Below the pieces are notes generated by a model, which saw nothing but the letters and a program-made list of their open reading frames with translations, was not told where the DNA came from and searched no databases. Made by a program: the position numbers and the translations under genes. DNA of 64,000 bases, taken from positions 150,164,001 through 150,228,000 of the forward strand of contig NC_082710.1 of NCBI RefSeq assembly GCF_030144855.1, written 5' to 3'. This stretch comes from Hypanus sabinus (Eukaryota). Position 1 is the stretch's first letter. Every line of letters begins with the position of its first letter. This document shows positions 60,870-64,000 of this stretch, in pieces.

Positions 60870-63370
60870 AACTGGTACATGGATGATTTAGCAGTGGCAT
60901 TCCATTGTTTATCGTTGATTGAGTTCATCTTAGTGAATTTCAAACCATTTCATATACCAAAGGATTTCACTATCATTGTGTTGGTAGCTGTATATATCCC
61001 CTCTTTATAATGTTGGCGAGGTGCTGCATGAACTCTACAGCGCCAGTGACTTTCAAACCAAACACCCGATGGTATCTTCATTATCTCAGGTGATTTTAAC
61101 AATGCAAACCTAAAGACAGTCTGTCTAAAATCCACCAGCATGTTGATTTTGGTACCAGAGGTGAAAATACACTGGACCTGGTTGACACTAACATAGCATG
61201 TGCCTGTAAAGCAGTCCCTCCCCCCCCCCCCCCCCCCATTGGACTCTCAGATCACTTATCTGTAATATTAACTCCAGCATACAAACCAGTGATCAAAGAG
61301 GTCAAACCAGTTCGAAAGGTGGTGAAAACATGGCCCGAGGGTGCAATTTTTGTACTGCAGGATTGCTTTGATAATGAACTGGAGAATGTTCAGGAGTCTG
61401 CTACCTGTGGCAATCATGTTAACGTAGAGGAATATGTGGATTCTGTGAATAGCTACACAGAGAAGTGTACTGAGGATGTTACCATCACTAAACACATCTG
61501 GATGAGGGCAAATCGGAAGCCATAGTTTACGGCTGAGGGCCGTGCCAGGCTGAGGGATTGTGCTGCTGTTTTTAGATCAAGAAGGCAAAATAGGAGCATT
61601 TTCAGAGAATTAATAGCCACTTCTGCAATACCAGAGGCACGAGCCACATGTGGCAGGGGATTCAGAAGCTTACAGACTACAAGTCTACCTGAGTGTCAGT
61701 GACCAGGATCTCTCTGAGAGGCTGAGTGTCTTCTACACCCAGTTTGTTGTGCATAAGAAAGTGCTGGTGAGGAATGCACCCATTTCCCCAAGGGAGCAGA
61801 CACTCCGTCTGGCTGAAGCTGGGGTAAGGAATATCCTACTCAGAGTCAACCCATGCAAAGCTGCAGGGCCCAATAATATACTAGGTCGGGTTCTGAAAGA
61901 GCGCGCAGCCCAGCTGATGGATATATTCAGCATCTCTCTGGAATAATCCATTGTTCCCTGGGTTTTCAAGGTGGCAACCATCATTCGAGTGTCAATGAAG
62001 GCGACAATATCCTGCCACTATAGACTAATGGCATTAACATTAACCTTTATAAACTGCTTTGAGCAGCTCATCATGAAGCATATTAAAGCCTTTCCAGTTT
62101 GCTTACTGCTCTGATAGATTCCATTGATGATGAAATAGCCTCTGCCCTCCACTTGGTCCTGTTCCATCTGGAGAATGGCGTCTCATATGCCAGACTGTTG
62201 TTCATAGAATTAATTAAGGCATTCAACACCATCATACCCCAAAAAATGGTGGGGCAACTGTTCTCGCTGGGTCTCAACACCTCATTCTGCAATTGGATAC
62301 TGGAGTTATTAACAGTATGACTACAGTCAGTCTGTTATCAGCATTACACTGGTATTGCAGTTTGTCCATTACACTGAGCACTGGCGCTCCCCAAGGCTGT
62401 GTGCTCAGCCCAATGCTGTTTATACTGTTGACGCATCACTGGGTCGCAGGATCCAGCTCAAACCGGGTCCTCAATTTTGCAGATGACACAACAGTGGTTG
62501 GCCTCATCAAGAACGATCACGAGATGGAGTGTAGAGGAGAAGTGGAGAGACTGGTGGATTGGCGTGAGGAAAACAACCTAGGCCTGGAAACGAAAAAGAC
62601 AAAGGTGGACTTCAGGAAGGTGCGGACAAACCATCCCTCTCTGTGAATACATGGTTCCTCTGTGGAGTTAAGTGCACCAAGTTCCTGGGAGTTCACATCA
62701 CAGATGACCTCACCTGGTCCGTTGATACAACCTCCCTGAACAAGGCAGCAGAGCAGCATCTCCACTTCCTAAGAAGACTGAGGCAACAAAGCTCCTCCCC
62801 CACCCCCAATCTTAAATCTGTTTTACAGGAGCACCACTGAGAACGCCCTGACAAGTTGCATCTCTATCTGGTATGGGAACAGTCGAGCATCACACCAGGA
62901 GTCTCTCCAATATTCTGTGAGAATGGCTGAGAGGATCATAGGGGTCTCCCTACAATCCATCGGGGACATTTATCAGGAGCATTGCATACGCAGAGCCCTT
63001 AGTATTATTGAGGATCCTACCCATTCAACTAGCATCCTCGTTGACTCTCTACCATCAGGCAGGAGACTTCAATGCAAAAGAGCAAAAACGGTCAGGATGA
63101 GAAACAGTTTCTTCCTCCAGGTCATCATATTCAAAATGTCACTGGTTAATCTGTCCTGTACCTTGCATTATTTAATATTAATGCTTTTTAGTTTGTTATT
63201 TATGTGTTATTCTTCTGTAGATTATCTTTACCTCCATAAGTTAACATGTGTTATGTGTACCACTGTGCTTTGCACCCTGCTTTGAAGAAATGTCTCATTT
63301 CTATATACATTATATGGTTATTTAGGTTGTTTACATGTATATAGTTAGGTGACAATAAACTGGACTTGAT
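60870..63370 (+). mobile_element. Long decayed Rex1/Babar-type LINE (endonuclease + RT remnants)
   Basis: GDFN and SDH codons, KAAGP, KAFNTI, GAPQGCVLSP, FADDTTVVGLI; many stops and frameshifts; 3' gacaataaa. Confidence 0.85.
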
Positions 63371-64000
63371 TGTCACAGGAAGATGAGACAGCATAAGGTG
63401 GATCTTCAGAAATGCTGACATGTTCACGGTTGGCTGAAGTTCGACTGATTTCAGGATGCAAACCTGTACATTGTTCACCTTCTGTGATGGGTGGCGGGTG
63501 AGGGTGGTGGTAGTGGTGAGCAGGAAATACAGAAACACTGGTGGCAGAAGATTTTCTATGAGAGCTGAAAAAAATCGAGGAAAGTGGCTACAGCCCAAAT
63601 TTAATGCGAGCAAGATGTGACAATGTCTCACATGTTTTATCTCGAGGGATGAGGAGTTTACTCTGGGCTTCAAAGTACCCTGAGGTTGCTGTACTAAACT
63701 AAGTAGCAGTGCAAAAGGTGATTAGGGCTTGATGCTCGGATAGTCTACCAGAGGACCTGAGGGCTCTGAAGAGTTAGATAAAGGCCAATCTTCCAGCAGT
63801 TTTGAGATCTATCAGAAGTTTCTGGATAACCTGCTGATTTTCCAAGATTCTGTCATGTCATTTTTCTTCCCCTTCCAACGATTCTGTGCGTGGAGTACCA
63901 GTGTTGCTGATCATGGACAATGTCCCAGACATGTAGTTAACATCAAGGACAAGGCTGACAATGTCCGAATATCGTTTTTGCTTCCTATCACTCATGCAAC

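Noticed and set aside
63371-63400. Candidate HSD17B8 final exon
   Set aside because: Would give G-R-stop rather than the expected GGL-type ending and has a poor pyrimidine tract. The true exon probably lies beyond the window.

Overview
Vertebrate genomic DNA, repeat-rich and intron-rich. The repeat families point to a cartilaginous fish, probably a ray (inference). There is one 161-N assembly gap at 18907-19067. Three spliced genes can be built by hand with GT-AG sites and consistent exon phases. (1) On the minus strand is a butyrophilin-like gene (7 exons, 18286->3619, ~454 aa) with leader, IgV, IgC and B30.2 but no transmembrane exon after the Ig domains. (2) Head-to-head with it on the plus strand is a TRIM-derived gene (~22825->30706, ~607 aa) with coiled-coil exons and PRY/SPRY and no visible RING/B-box. 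Its last exon continues in frame into a ~240-aa Gly/Cys/Trp/Leu-rich hydrophobic tail built from a 95-aa tandem duplication. (3) HSD17B8 (Ke6) exons 1-8 lie at 35370-60161; the last exon was not found in the window. This gene set suggests the MHC or extended-MHC region. The rest is CR1 and Rex/Babar LINE fragments, tRNA-derived SINEs, Penelope-type repeats with minimal hammerhead-ribozyme cores, a full-length degenerate Tc1 element, two related solo LTRs and a 15-bp minisatellite. The best novelty candidate is the divergent B30.2 gene pair with inverted membrane logic: an unanchored butyrophilin next to a polytopic-membrane TRIM.
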